DNA of 64,000 nt from Saprospiraceae bacterium. Its GTDB lineage: Bacteria; Bacteroidota; Bacteroidia; Chitinophagales; Saprospiraceae. The DNA lies in assembly GCA_016787505.1 (NCBI GenBank), contig JAEUUQ010000619.1, forward strand, positions 316 to 64,315. Direction: 5' to 3'. The notes beneath the pieces were generated by a model. That model saw only the letters and a program-made list of their open reading frames with translations, ran no database searches and was not told the DNA's origin. Shown in pieces: positions 7,841 to 17,082 of the stretch. Each line of letters opens with the position of its first letter. Within the stretch, counting starts at the first letter, position 1. Both the position numbers and the translations under genes were made by a program.

Positions 7841-9047
7841 CTACCCATCGCTGTTTGACCGCTGGAAAACCTGCGTGGTTATCCCCACCTACAACAACGC
7901 CGGCACCCTGCCGCAGGTGATCGAATCGGTATGGGCTTATACCCGCCACATCATCGTGATAAATGACGGCTCTAGCGACGACACCGCCGCCATTTTGTCG
8001 GACTGGGCAGACCGCATCACCGTACACCATCTCCCCAAAAACAGCGGCAAAGGCATCGCCCTGCGCAAAGGCTTCGAATTGGCCATAACCCTGGGTTACG
8101 AACGCGCCATTACCATAGATTCCGACGGGCAGCACAGGGCCTCCGACCTGCCCCGCTTCCTCGAATCCCTCGAAAAATACCCCGACGCGCTGATGGTCGG
8201 CGCCCGCAATATGGGCCAGGACAATGTACCGGGCGCCAGTAGTTTTGGACACAAATTCTCCAACTTCTGGTACCAGGTCATGACCGGCAGGCAGCTCCCC
8301 GATACGCAATCGGGCTACCGGCTTTATCCGCTCAAACCCCTGCAAGGCATGCATCTGTTTACCACCAAATACGAGCTGGAAATGGAAACGCTGGTGCGCC
8401 TGAGCTGGCTGGATATACCGGTGCTGCCCATCCCCATCGACGTATACTATCCGCCGCAGGGCGAGCGCATCACCCATTTTCGAAAAATACCCGATTTCTC
8501 GCGCATTTTTGCCCTCAATACCCTGCTGGTGATCATCGCCATATTTTACGAGCGCCCGCTGGCCTTCTTCCGGGAATTCAAAAAAAAAAGCGCCCGTGAT
8601 TTTATAAAAACTTACGTATTCGACAGCAACGAAACCAACCGCGAGATCACTTACGCTGTCATGCTGGGCTTATTTATCGGCGTTTCTCCGTTTTGGGGAT
8701 ACCAGATCATGCTGGTCATCTTTTTCTGCGTATTGCTGAAGCTCAACAAGGTCATTGCCCTGGTGGCCGCGCATATCAGCATACCGCCCATGATTCCGTT
8801 TATTCTTTATGGCAGTTACAAAGTAGGCCAGCTTGTATTACACGGCAGCTTTGTGGCCGATAGCGTAGCCTTTAGCAAGTCTATGTCTTTCAGCGACATC
8901 AAACACCATTTTTTTCAATACGTGGTGGGCAGTTTTGCACTCGGCATGGCGCTGGCCGTACTGGCCGGGGTGGTCTTGTACCCCTTGCTATGGCTATTGC
9001 GGCCCCACAAGCAAATAGCAAACCCCGACAATAGCGAAGCGATATGA
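7827..9047 (+). CDS. Family 2 glycosyltransferase fused to a DUF2062 membrane domain.
   Basis: CVVIPTYNNAGTLPQVIESV...VINDGSSDDT...DSDGQH is a GT2 signature. The C-terminal half, SPFWGYQIMLVIFF...AAHISIPPMIPFILYGSYKVG, is DUF2062-like. Confidence 0.8.
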   Translation: MHNPDYPSLFDRWKTCVVIPTYNNAGTLPQVIESVWAYTRHIIVINDGSSDDTAAILSDWADRITVHHLPKNSGKGIALRKGFELAITLGYERAITIDSDGQHRASDLPRFLESLEKYPDALMVGARNMGQDNVPGASSFGHKFSNFWYQVMTGRQLPDTQSGYRLYPLKPLQGMHLFTTKYELEMETLVRLSWLDIPVLPIPIDVYYPPQGERITHFRKIPDFSRIFALNTLLVIIAIFYERPLAFFREFKKKSARDFIKTYVFDSNETNREITYAVMLGLFIGVSPFWGYQIMLVIFFCVLLKLNKVIALVAAHISIPPMIPFILYGSYKVGQLVLHGSFVADSVAFSKSMSFSDIKHHFFQYVVGSFALGMALAVLAGVVLYPLLWLLRPHKQIANPDNSEAI

Positions 9048-9418
9048 TATGGGGTATCGGTATCGATATTATTGAAGTGGAACGCGTGGCGCAAAAAGTC
9101 GATAAGCCGGGCTTCAAAGAGCGGGTATTTACCGAAAAGGAAATAGCCTACTGCGACACTTTCCACCTCCGCGCCGAGCGTTATGCCGCCCGTTTTGCGG
9201 CAAAAGAAGCTTTTTTCAAAGCCATGGGCACCGGCTGGATGGGCTCTTTTTCATTTAATGAGGTAGAAATCGTGCACAATCCGGCGGGAAAACCTGAAAT
9301 TGTGCTCCACGGTGAAGTAAAACAATTTGCCGCCGAGCAGGCCTTTGTCAACATCCAATTGTCGATGTCGCATATCAAAGAAACGGCTGCGGCTTTTGTT
9401 ATTATTGAAAAAAAGTAA
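9044..9418 (+). CDS. acpS: Holo-ACP synthase (4'-phosphopantetheinyl transferase).
   Basis: 124 aa. GIGIDIIEVERV...FTEKE...RFAAKEAFFKAMG...SMSHIKETAAAFVIIE. ATGA overlap with the upstream gene. Confidence 0.85.
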   Translation: MIWGIGIDIIEVERVAQKVDKPGFKERVFTEKEIAYCDTFHLRAERYAARFAAKEAFFKAMGTGWMGSFSFNEVEIVHNPAGKPEIVLHGEVKQFAAEQAFVNIQLSMSHIKETAAAFVIIEKK

Positions 9419-9420
9419 TT

Positions 9421-9503
9421 GTTTAGCGATTGGGGTGAGTTGTAGGTTGTAGGTTGTAGGTTGTAGGTTGTAGGTTGAAGCCAACTAAACCCTATCGCTA
9501 AAC
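9421..9503. repeat. Tandem-repeat hairpin element inside the operon.
   Basis: GTTTAGCGATTGGG pairs with CCCTATCGCTAAAC. The loop carries 5x GTTGTAG. Confidence 0.85.
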
Positions 9504-9533
9504 TGCTACGAAAAACAAAACAAACTGATAAAC

Positions 9534-9794
9534 ATGGCTGTAGTAATCGAACAGGACGTCATCTGCCAGAAACTGTGTGAATTTATTCAGGCCAACCTGG
9601 TGGCGCCGGGTATTGGAGTGAGCCCAACTACCTCCCTTACCCAACTTGGACTTGATTCATTTTCTATAATTGAAATCGTATTATTTATAGAGCGGCAATA
9701 CGGACTTACGCTGCCCGATGTGGCCTTGAGCAAAGAAAACATCGAATCGCCACAGGCTTTTGCCGCCTGTGTACACCACTATATCTCACTATGA
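9534..9794 (+). CDS. Acyl carrier protein (dedicated).
   Basis: 86 aa with LGLDSFSIIEIV (DSx phosphopantetheine attachment site). Confidence 0.85.
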   Translation: MAVVIEQDVICQKLCEFIQANLVAPGIGVSPTTSLTQLGLDSFSIIEIVLFIERQYGLTLPDVALSKENIESPQAFAACVHHYISL

Positions 9795-11077
9795 ATGCAC
9801 AGTTGCCACAGCGGCTTCCGCTCAATGGCTCCGATTATTTCCAATTGTTTCTCGACAGGCATCACCGCGCTACGGGGCCTATGGGCAATGTAAGCCGCTT
9901 TGCCGTTTATCTGGACGAGCTCCCCGACCCTTCGGCCCTCGAATCGCGCATCAACGGCGATTCCCTGCTTTGTTGGCTCCACAGCTTGCGCTTGAATACG
10001 GGCTGGCCGTTTCAACTACCCCGATGGCAGCAAAAACAAGGCCCGCCTGTAGCTATTCCATTGCGGTTATACTTCACTGACCTCTCGCCACGCGAACTGC
10101 CGGAGATCATCTGGTCAACTGACTTGCGGGCCAAAAGCGAGGCGCCGGTTCGGTTCGACCTGGTATCATATGCATCCGGACAAGCGGCGCTCGTATTTTC
10201 GTGGAATCATATCCTGATGGACGCCCGCGGCGCCGAATTGCTGGTCAGACAACTGGGCAGTCCGGACACAGATGCGCAGTATTTTGCGCCGCCCGAGCTG
10301 CCGCTGCCCCTGATGGAAAGCCTGCAACACGCCCGAAAAGTAAAAGACTTCCTGCTCGACGGCACAAGGATAAAACCCGCCTTGTTGACGGGCAGACCTA
10401 CCCGTGAACACAACCGTTTTCATATCATCGATTTTACAGAAACTGAAAGCCGGCAAGTAGAAGCCAACTGCCAAAAATACCTGGCCCGCTTTGGCAAAAG
10501 CCCGGTATTGCTGGCGGCCACGCTGCGCGCCTATCAACATATATTGGATGAGCCGGCTAGCGCCGAGCAGCAATTTTGGGTGCCCATACCCCAGGATCAG
10601 CGCCGAAAAGGCGTAGCCGGGCCCGTCATCGGCAATCAGGTCTCTTACCTGTTCTACCGCCTGCGAGCGCCTCATCTGGCCGATTTGCAAACCGCCGTCG
10701 ATGAGATCAGCGCACAAATGGTATCCCAGATGCGGGCGGGCATCCCCAAAAGTTATCATATCATGATGGAACTCGTGCGCCGCATGCCGATGGGATTGTA
10801 CAGCCACCTCACCAAATCACCCACTAAAGGCATGCTGGCCAGTTTATTCTTCTCCGATACCGGGCATTCGCTCGACGACTTCACCGACTTTGCTGGTTGC
10901 GCCGTGACGGATGCTATTCATTACCCGCCCAGTGCGGGTATTCCGGGATTTACTACTATCTTTATGTCAGTACAAACCCGGCTGCGCGCCGTCATCGGCT
11001 ACACCGCCGATAGCGCCGGCGCCGATAAGCCATTGCGATTTGAACGCTTTTTGCGTAACGATTTACTTGGGTTATGA
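9791..11077 (+). CDS. Condensation-domain-like acyltransferase (HxxxD family).
   Basis: 428 aa. WNHILMDARG resembles the HHxxxDG motif of NRPS C-domains, PapA5 and WS-DGAT. Overlaps the ACP stop. Confidence 0.55.
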   Translation: MNAQLPQRLPLNGSDYFQLFLDRHHRATGPMGNVSRFAVYLDELPDPSALESRINGDSLLCWLHSLRLNTGWPFQLPRWQQKQGPPVAIPLRLYFTDLSPRELPEIIWSTDLRAKSEAPVRFDLVSYASGQAALVFSWNHILMDARGAELLVRQLGSPDTDAQYFAPPELPLPLMESLQHARKVKDFLLDGTRIKPALLTGRPTREHNRFHIIDFTETESRQVEANCQKYLARFGKSPVLLAATLRAYQHILDEPASAEQQFWVPIPQDQRRKGVAGPVIGNQVSYLFYRLRAPHLADLQTAVDEISAQMVSQMRAGIPKSYHIMMELVRRMPMGLYSHLTKSPTKGMLASLFFSDTGHSLDDFTDFAGCAVTDAIHYPPSAGIPGFTTIFMSVQTRLRAVIGYTADSAGADKPLRFERFLRNDLLGL

Positions 11078-12357
11078 ATATTTCGGCATCCCAACCGCTA
11101 CTCACCCAACCCGACGTATTGATCGTGGGGGGAGGCATAGCAGGCCTTGGCGCCGCTTTGGGCGCTGCGGAAGAAGGCGCGAAAGTCACCCTGCTGGAAA
11201 AAAACGGTTTCCTGGGTGGCAAAGCCACAGCGGCTTATGTGGGAACGGTTTGCGGATTGTACTACCGCAGCGAATCGCCGCGCCCCCGGTTTGTGATGGG
11301 CGGCCCCATCAAGGCCTTTGCCGATCAGTTACAGGCACAAAGCCGCACGCGCCCTATCTCCTACCGGAATGGACTGCACTTTCTTCCCTACGACCGCTTT
11401 GCTTTTCTGTTTATTTGTGATAAATGGGCCCTGCAACATGCAGATTCTATCGGTTTGCATGCTTATGTGCACGGGGTCTCCGTTGAAGAAAGGCAAATTA
11501 CAGCCGTCAATGCGCTCGTATACCACCAGCCCGTAGTTTTTATGCCACGCACCGTAGTAGATACCAGCGGAGAAGCCGTCATTGCCCGGCTTTCGGGTAT
11601 ATCCATGCTCAAAAGCGACGAATACCAGGCCTCTGCGTTGGTATTTTCCTTGTTGGGGCTGGCTGCCGTTGACCAAAACACCATCAGCCTGGCTTTAATC
11701 AGACTCGTACAAAAAGGCATCGCAAGCGAAGATCTGCCCCCCGATTGCGGGCGCCTGTCCGTCGTTCCCGGCTCCGTAAAAAACGGAAAAGCCCTATTCA
11801 AGCTGGGCATTCCCCTGAGCGTTAACGACAAGCTCAACCAGATGACCTACATTGAATTATACGCCCGGCAATTGGTGCGGCAGGCGATAGTTTACCTGCA
11901 GATGCAAAGCGAAATATTTCGCGACGCCCAGCTCGAAATTCTCGCTCCCGAGGTAGGTATCCGCACCGGGCCGCGACACGAAGGGCGCTACCTGCTTACA
12001 GAATCTGACGTGCTGGCTTGTCGCAAAAACAGCGACACCATAACCCGCGGCGCCTGGCCCATAGAAAAGTGGGCGCCGGGCGACAACCCCGTGATGACCT
12101 ACTTTGCCCTCGACGATTACTACGATATTCCCGCCGATGCCCTGCAATCGGTGCAGCTCGACAACTTGTTTTTTGCGGGCCGCAACATCTCTGCCGACGA
12201 AGAGGCCGTAGCCAGCGCCCGCGTTATCGGCACCTCGCTAGCCACGGGTTATGCCGCCGGCCGACTGGCCGCCGCTCAGGCGCTGGGCAACCCCCGCGGG
12301 CAAACTATTGCCGCCATTCAGCGGTCGCTTGAAATCACCTACACCCCACCATCCTGA
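11074..12357 (+). CDS. FAD-dependent oxidoreductase.
   Basis: N-terminal Rossmann dinucleotide motif VLIVGGGIAGLGAALGAAEEGAKVTLLEK. Confidence 0.8.
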   Translation: MNISASQPLLTQPDVLIVGGGIAGLGAALGAAEEGAKVTLLEKNGFLGGKATAAYVGTVCGLYYRSESPRPRFVMGGPIKAFADQLQAQSRTRPISYRNGLHFLPYDRFAFLFICDKWALQHADSIGLHAYVHGVSVEERQITAVNALVYHQPVVFMPRTVVDTSGEAVIARLSGISMLKSDEYQASALVFSLLGLAAVDQNTISLALIRLVQKGIASEDLPPDCGRLSVVPGSVKNGKALFKLGIPLSVNDKLNQMTYIELYARQLVRQAIVYLQMQSEIFRDAQLEILAPEVGIRTGPRHEGRYLLTESDVLACRKNSDTITRGAWPIEKWAPGDNPVMTYFALDDYYDIPADALQSVQLDNLFFAGRNISADEEAVASARVIGTSLATGYAAGRLAAAQALGNPRGQTIAAIQRSLEITYTPPS

Positions 12358-12358
12358 T

Positions 12359-13786
12359 ATGAAAGCACAAGACCTCCTGTTACAAGCCGCCCGCCAATGG
12401 CCCCGGCACATTGCCATCTACGATGTTCATGGCGCGATGACCTATGACGAACTGGCACAGACCGTGCGTCGGTTCAGCCGGTTTCTGAGCGATTCCGGAG
12501 TGCAGCCCGGCATGGGGGTAGGCGTCTTGGGCGACAATAGCCGGCACTTCATCGCCTGGGTTTTTGCCGTGATGGATGCCGGCGCGGTCGTCATGCCCAT
12601 CTCCAGCCAGCTCAAAGCCGGCGAACTGGCAGATATACTGCAGACCGCAAGGCTACACGCAGTAATTGAAGAAAAAAATACGGCGCTATCCGCACAACTT
12701 CCCGTGGTTGCCACTGAAGCGGGCTGGCAACTGGCCTTTAACTCCGCCGTCGACCCGCAGCAGCCGTTTGCCCCTCAGGCGTCGGAGGCTGCCCTGGTGC
12801 GCTTCACCTCGGGCACCACGGGCGTATCGAAAGGCGTCATTCTCTCGCACGCCTCTATCGAAGAGCGCACCGCCGCTGCCAACAAAGTGCTGGAACTGGG
12901 CCCAGGTGACGTAGTCGTTTGGATTTTACAAATGGCCTACCACTTTGTAGTGTCTATCATCCTCTACCTGCGTTACGGCGCCTCCATAGCCATCTGCGAC
13001 AACTTCATTGCCGATACGATCATTGAGACAACCAACCGCTACGGGGGCAGCTTTTTGTATGCTTCGCCCATGCATATCCGCTTATTGGCCAACGACCGCA
13101 GCGACAGGCAGATGCCCAGTCTGCGGCGCGTAATCTCCACCTCTACCGGTTTGGCGGTGGCCGACAGCCAGGCCTTTACGGGCCGCTGGGGATTGCCCGT
13201 GGCACAGGCCTACGGCATCATCGAAATCGGGTTGCCCATCATCAACCTGGCGCATGCCCAGGACGCGCCCGGCGCCGTAGGATATGCCCTGCCCGACTAC
13301 CGGGTGGGCATCCTCGACGAGCAACTTCAAGAGCTGCCCGATGGGGAAACCGGGCAATTGGCCATCAGGGGGCCGGGCCTGTTTGCCGCCTACCTGCAAC
13401 CGCCCAAATTGCGCGAGGACATTCTTCAGAACGGCTGGTTTCTCACCGGCGACCTGGCTTCGCGCCGCCCCGACGGACTGCTCACCATCGAAGGCCGCAA
13501 AAAAAGTATGATTAATGTGTCGGGCAATAAAGTTTTCCCCGAAGAAGTCGAAGCCGTATTAAACACCCACCCTGCCGTGGCTATGAGTCGCGTAAAAGGC
13601 GCCCCCCACCCTTTTCTCGGTGAATGCGCCAGTGCCGAAGTCGTGCTACACCCCGGCGCCGAAGTCGACGCCGAAACCCTCATCACCTATTGCCGCCAAC
13701 GTCTTTCTACCTACAAAGTACCGCAGCGCCTCGCCTTCGTCGACACGTTGCCGATGACGGATAGCGGGAAGGTGAGGAGGGTTTAG
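12359..13786 (+). CDS. AMP-dependent synthetase/ligase (acyl- or aryl-ACP/CoA ligase).
   Basis: A3 core FTSGTTGVSKGV, GWFLTGD, and a terminal GKV(R)R. ATG 12359 lies 2 nt after the upstream stop. The longer ORF from 12251 overlaps the FAD gene. Confidence 0.85.
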   Translation: MKAQDLLLQAARQWPRHIAIYDVHGAMTYDELAQTVRRFSRFLSDSGVQPGMGVGVLGDNSRHFIAWVFAVMDAGAVVMPISSQLKAGELADILQTARLHAVIEEKNTALSAQLPVVATEAGWQLAFNSAVDPQQPFAPQASEAALVRFTSGTTGVSKGVILSHASIEERTAAANKVLELGPGDVVVWILQMAYHFVVSIILYLRYGASIAICDNFIADTIIETTNRYGGSFLYASPMHIRLLANDRSDRQMPSLRRVISTSTGLAVADSQAFTGRWGLPVAQAYGIIEIGLPIINLAHAQDAPGAVGYALPDYRVGILDEQLQELPDGETGQLAIRGPGLFAAYLQPPKLREDILQNGWFLTGDLASRRPDGLLTIEGRKKSMINVSGNKVFPEEVEAVLNTHPAVAMSRVKGAPHPFLGECASAEVVLHPGAEVDAETLITYCRQRLSTYKVPQRLAFVDTLPMTDSGKVRRV

Positions 13787-13856
13787 TGAACTGTGAACAG
13801 TGAACTGTGAACAGATCAAGGTGCAGTTCACTGTTCACAGTTCACTGTTCACTAAC
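13781..13856. terminator. Bidirectional terminator hairpin built from tandem 7-mers (GTGAACW).
   Basis: GTGAACTGTGAACAGTGAACTGTGAACAG - loop - GTTCACTGTTCACAGTTCACTGTTCAC. It exactly fills the 74-bp gap between convergent stops. Confidence 0.7.
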
Positions 13857-13860
13857 TTCT

Positions 13861-15057
13861 TCACTCCGTAATCCCCTCAAACAGCCATTCTGCGAGGAAT
13901 TGGCGGTTTTTTTCCAGCACAATGCGTTGTTGGTCAGAATAATTGCGGATGTTGGCCAGCTCGATATAGACAGAGGTGGGTTTGCATTCGCGCAGCATAT
14001 GGAGGCCGCGGGCGCTCACCGTGCCGTGGTAATAGCCGCCGGCGCGGTATACCTTGTATTTGCTCTTAAAAGTCTGTTGGATTTTTTCGGCGAGGTCTTT
14101 GCCGTCTTCGCTATCCGAGTGGTGGTAGAAATACACATCGGTGCGTTCGCCGCGGCTACGGGAGTCGACGTGGATCATGAGCGCTATCTGAGTAGTGACG
14201 CCCTGCAGGCGGTGTTTGTCGTATAGTTCATTGATGATATTAGAACGTTGGAAAAGACGAGCTTTTTGATTAAAAGGCAGTTCGTCGTCGCCCCACACCA
14301 GTTCGTCTTCATCGCATTTCAGGTATTCGCCGCTGCGGATGCCGTCGTTGGGGTCGCGCACCACCATATAGGCGGTAGCGCCGTGGGATACCAGCAGGCG
14401 GCACAGGCGCAGGGATACGTCGTAGGCGTATTCATCTTCGCACAGATTGCGGCCTCCTCTTTTGCCTATAGCGCCGGGGTCGGGGCCGCCGTGGCCGCTG
14501 GAGATATAGAATACTTTGCCTTTCAGTTTATTGCTAAGAAGAGGAGTATAGGCCAGTTGTTTGCCGAAAATGGGGAAAACCCGTTTACCTGCGGCAATAT
14601 TTTCTTCTTCGGGGTTGGTATTCACGGGCGAGGGTATTTCGAGGTCGGTTTCGGGGCAATTGAGTTCGTGATAGGGCACCCAAAGGGCGGAGCCTACTTT
14701 TTTGTAGGAATCTTCGCGCAGCTTGTCTTCCAGCATTTGCTCGTTGAATTGCTGGATACGCACGGCGGTTTCCCAATCGCTGATGCCCACCGTAGAGCGG
14801 ATAGTTTTACCGTCGTATTTATACACCATAATGGGCACAGTATATACTTTTCCGGCATGGAGGGGCGCATTTTTGCGCAGTTTATTGAGGGTATAAAATT
14901 GGTCGAAATTGCAGGAGTGCTTGTCCAGCTTATAGCGGCGCAGCATAGAATAAATGCCGTCGCCGGCCAGGGCTTTCACCTTGTGGTAATTAGGGGAATT
15001 AGCCAGGGCGTCCTGGAGAAAAAAACAAAGTACAACCGATAGTAAAAGTCTGGGCAT
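13861..15057 (-). CDS. N-acetylmuramoyl-L-alanine amidase (Amidase_3) with an N-terminal LysM-like segment.
   Basis: ISSGHGGPDPGAIG...EDEYAYDVSLRL...ALMIHVDS...VYIELANIRN. Signal peptide from MPRLLL. Confidence 0.8.
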   Translation of the reverse strand: MPRLLLSVVLCFFLQDALANSPNYHKVKALAGDGIYSMLRRYKLDKHSCNFDQFYTLNKLRKNAPLHAGKVYTVPIMVYKYDGKTIRSTVGISDWETAVRIQQFNEQMLEDKLREDSYKKVGSALWVPYHELNCPETDLEIPSPVNTNPEEENIAAGKRVFPIFGKQLAYTPLLSNKLKGKVFYISSGHGGPDPGAIGKRGGRNLCEDEYAYDVSLRLCRLLVSHGATAYMVVRDPNDGIRSGEYLKCDEDELVWGDDELPFNQKARLFQRSNIINELYDKHRLQGVTTQIALMIHVDSRSRGERTDVYFYHHSDSEDGKDLAEKIQQTFKSKYKVYRAGGYYHGTVSARGLHMLRECKPTSVYIELANIRNYSDQQRIVLEKNRQFLAEWLFEGITE

Positions 15058-15158
15058 GGTCTGCTTGAGATTAATACAGTGTTCCAAAATTAAGAAGGTA
15101 TCACAAAAATCAAAACTCGTGTTGCAGGCTCGTGTTGGGTTGGCTATCTTTGCCGGTC

Positions 15159-15818
15159 ATGGGATTGATCAAAGAAACGCTGGCGCTGATGCGCAAAGAC
15201 CTCGTACTGGAGTGGCGCGGCAAGTATGCACTTAGCGGCATTTTGCTATATGTATTCTCAACGGTATTCATCATTTACACCTCATTTGACGAAGTAGAAC
15301 CCAAAGCCTGGAATACCTTGTTTTGGGTCGTATTGTTATTCGCATCTATCAGTGCAATAGTAAAAAGTTTTGTGCAGGAAAATAGTCCCCGCCAGTTGTA
15401 TTATTATTCGCTGACGAACCCTATTGCCGTAATATTATCCAAAACACTTTACAATATCGGCTTGTTGATGGTGGTAAGCCTGCTTACCTGGGCTTGTTTC
15501 GCGCTAATGGCGGGAAATGCCGTAAAAGACAACTCGCAATTTTTTCTGGCTTTATTTCTGGGCAGCGTGGGTTTGTCGATTACGTTTACCTTTGTAGCTG
15601 CCATTGCCGGCAAAGCCGACCACAGCGCTACTTTGCAGGCGATAATGAGTTTTCCGCTGGTGCTGCCGATTTTGCTTACACTCATTCGCCTTTCGGCAAA
15701 TGCGCTGCGGCTGGAGCAAGACAGCAGTATCAGCGACGATATTGCCATCCTGGCGGGGATCGATTTGTTGTCGCTGGGGATGGCGCTGTTGTTGTTTCCT
15801 TTTTTGTGGAGAGAGTAG
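15159..15818 (+). CDS. ccmB: Heme exporter permease, CcmB family.
   Basis: About 220 aa and multi-span. The N-terminus LMRKDLVLEWRGKYALSGILLY is typical of CcmB. Confidence 0.7.
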   Translation: MGLIKETLALMRKDLVLEWRGKYALSGILLYVFSTVFIIYTSFDEVEPKAWNTLFWVVLLFASISAIVKSFVQENSPRQLYYYSLTNPIAVILSKTLYNIGLLMVVSLLTWACFALMAGNAVKDNSQFFLALFLGSVGLSITFTFVAAIAGKADHSATLQAIMSFPLVLPILLTLIRLSANALRLEQDSSISDDIAILAGIDLLSLGMALLLFPFLWRE

Positions 15819-15883
15819 AGACGCAAAATTTTGCGTCTCTATGGCATTGCATGAATAGTGAGACGCAAAATTTTGCGTCTCTA
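15816..15883. repeat. Two copies of a 22-24-bp perfect palindrome (A)GAGACGCAAAATTTTGCGTCTC(T).
   Basis: Copies at 15817-15840 and 15860-15881, about 20 bp apart, between ccmB and ccmC. Confidence 0.9.
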
Positions 15884-15901
15884 CTCTTAAATTGAATTTG
15901 C

Positions 15902-16972
15902 ATGAAAAATCACTGGTGGAAGGCCCTGGGCGTCATCATCCTTTTATACACCTTCACGGCGGGAATGCTATTGCCGCTCAAACCCGGCATTGTGGCGGTA
16001 AATCCCTCTGCAGTGCGCACCGGCGATACCGTTACGTTGTCGGTACAGGGCTACAATACTTTTTTTACCCAATCAAAAACACCGGTGCGCGCCTGGCTCA
16101 AGCTGGACGAGCAGCGCGCGTTGGCAGCCAAAGATATTGAGGTCATTAGTGATAATGCACTGCGCGTTTCTTTTGATATTCCGGCTCATTTGCCCGTTTC
16201 GCGCCGGGTGCAGGATTTTACGCTGCTGCTCGACAACGACGTGGACGGCGCTTCGGTGCTGCCCAGCGCCCTGCTGGTCACCCAGGATTCGATACAACCC
16301 GAACGCGGGGAAGCGCTGTGGGCAAACAGCCCCATCACCGACCTCCACGAAAAAAGCGGCATTACTTTTCCTTTCCGCAATATCCTGGCCGAAACGATTC
16401 GCAATACGTATTTCCACGTGGCCTTGTGGTTTGCCATGCTGTTTTTGTTTATCGGCGGGGTGATCAGCAGTGTGCGCTACCTGGCCAACAACGACCTCAA
16501 CGCCGATTATCGCGCGCAGGCACAAACTACGGTGGGGCTTATATTCGGCCTGCTGGGACTCATCACGGGTATCATCTGGGCGCGCAATACCTGGGGCGCC
16601 GGCTATAAGTTCTGGAACCTGCGCGAGGTAGATGTAAAACAGGCGATGACGATGGTCGCCCTTTTTGTGTACCTGGCTTATTTTGTGCTGCGAATGGCTT
16701 TTGAAGACGCCGAACGCAAAGCCCGCCTCTCGGCAGTGTATAATATTTTTGCTTTTGTGGCGCTTATCCCGCTTATTTATGTAGTCCCCCGGCTCACCGA
16801 TAGCCTGCACCCCGGCTCGGGTGGCAATCCCGCACTCGGCGGCGAAGACCTCGACAATACGATGCGGATGATTTTTTACCCCGCGATTATCGGCTGGACG
16901 CTTCTGGGCTTCTGGATGGCGCAGCTTTACTACCGACTGATTAAGGCGCAGATGAGGGTTGATGAGGGTTGA
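15902..16972 (+). CDS. ccmC: Cytochrome c biogenesis protein, CcmC/CcsA family, with an N-terminal periplasmic extension.
   Basis: Multi-span C-terminal core with a Trp-rich segment (IIWARNTWGAGYKFWNLREV) and flanking His residues. Located next to ccmB. Confidence 0.7.
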   Translation: MKNHWWKALGVIILLYTFTAGMLLPLKPGIVAVNPSAVRTGDTVTLSVQGYNTFFTQSKTPVRAWLKLDEQRALAAKDIEVISDNALRVSFDIPAHLPVSRRVQDFTLLLDNDVDGASVLPSALLVTQDSIQPERGEALWANSPITDLHEKSGITFPFRNILAETIRNTYFHVALWFAMLFLFIGGVISSVRYLANNDLNADYRAQAQTTVGLIFGLLGLITGIIWARNTWGAGYKFWNLREVDVKQAMTMVALFVYLAYFVLRMAFEDAERKARLSAVYNIFAFVALIPLIYVVPRLTDSLHPGSGGNPALGGEDLDNTMRMIFYPAIIGWTLLGFWMAQLYYRLIKAQMRVDEG

Positions 16973-17066
16973 TGAGGGGTTGTGGGTTATGGGTTGTGGG
17001 TTATGGGTTGTGGGTTATGGGTTGTGGGTTATGGGTTGTGGGTTATGGGTTGTGGGTTATGGGTTT
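16951..17066. repeat. Tandem array: 3x GATGAGGGTT followed by about 6x GTGGGTTATGGGTT.
   Basis: Read directly. It overlaps the last codons of ccmC. Confidence 0.9.
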
Positions 17067-17082
17067 AGAAGTCAATACTAGC

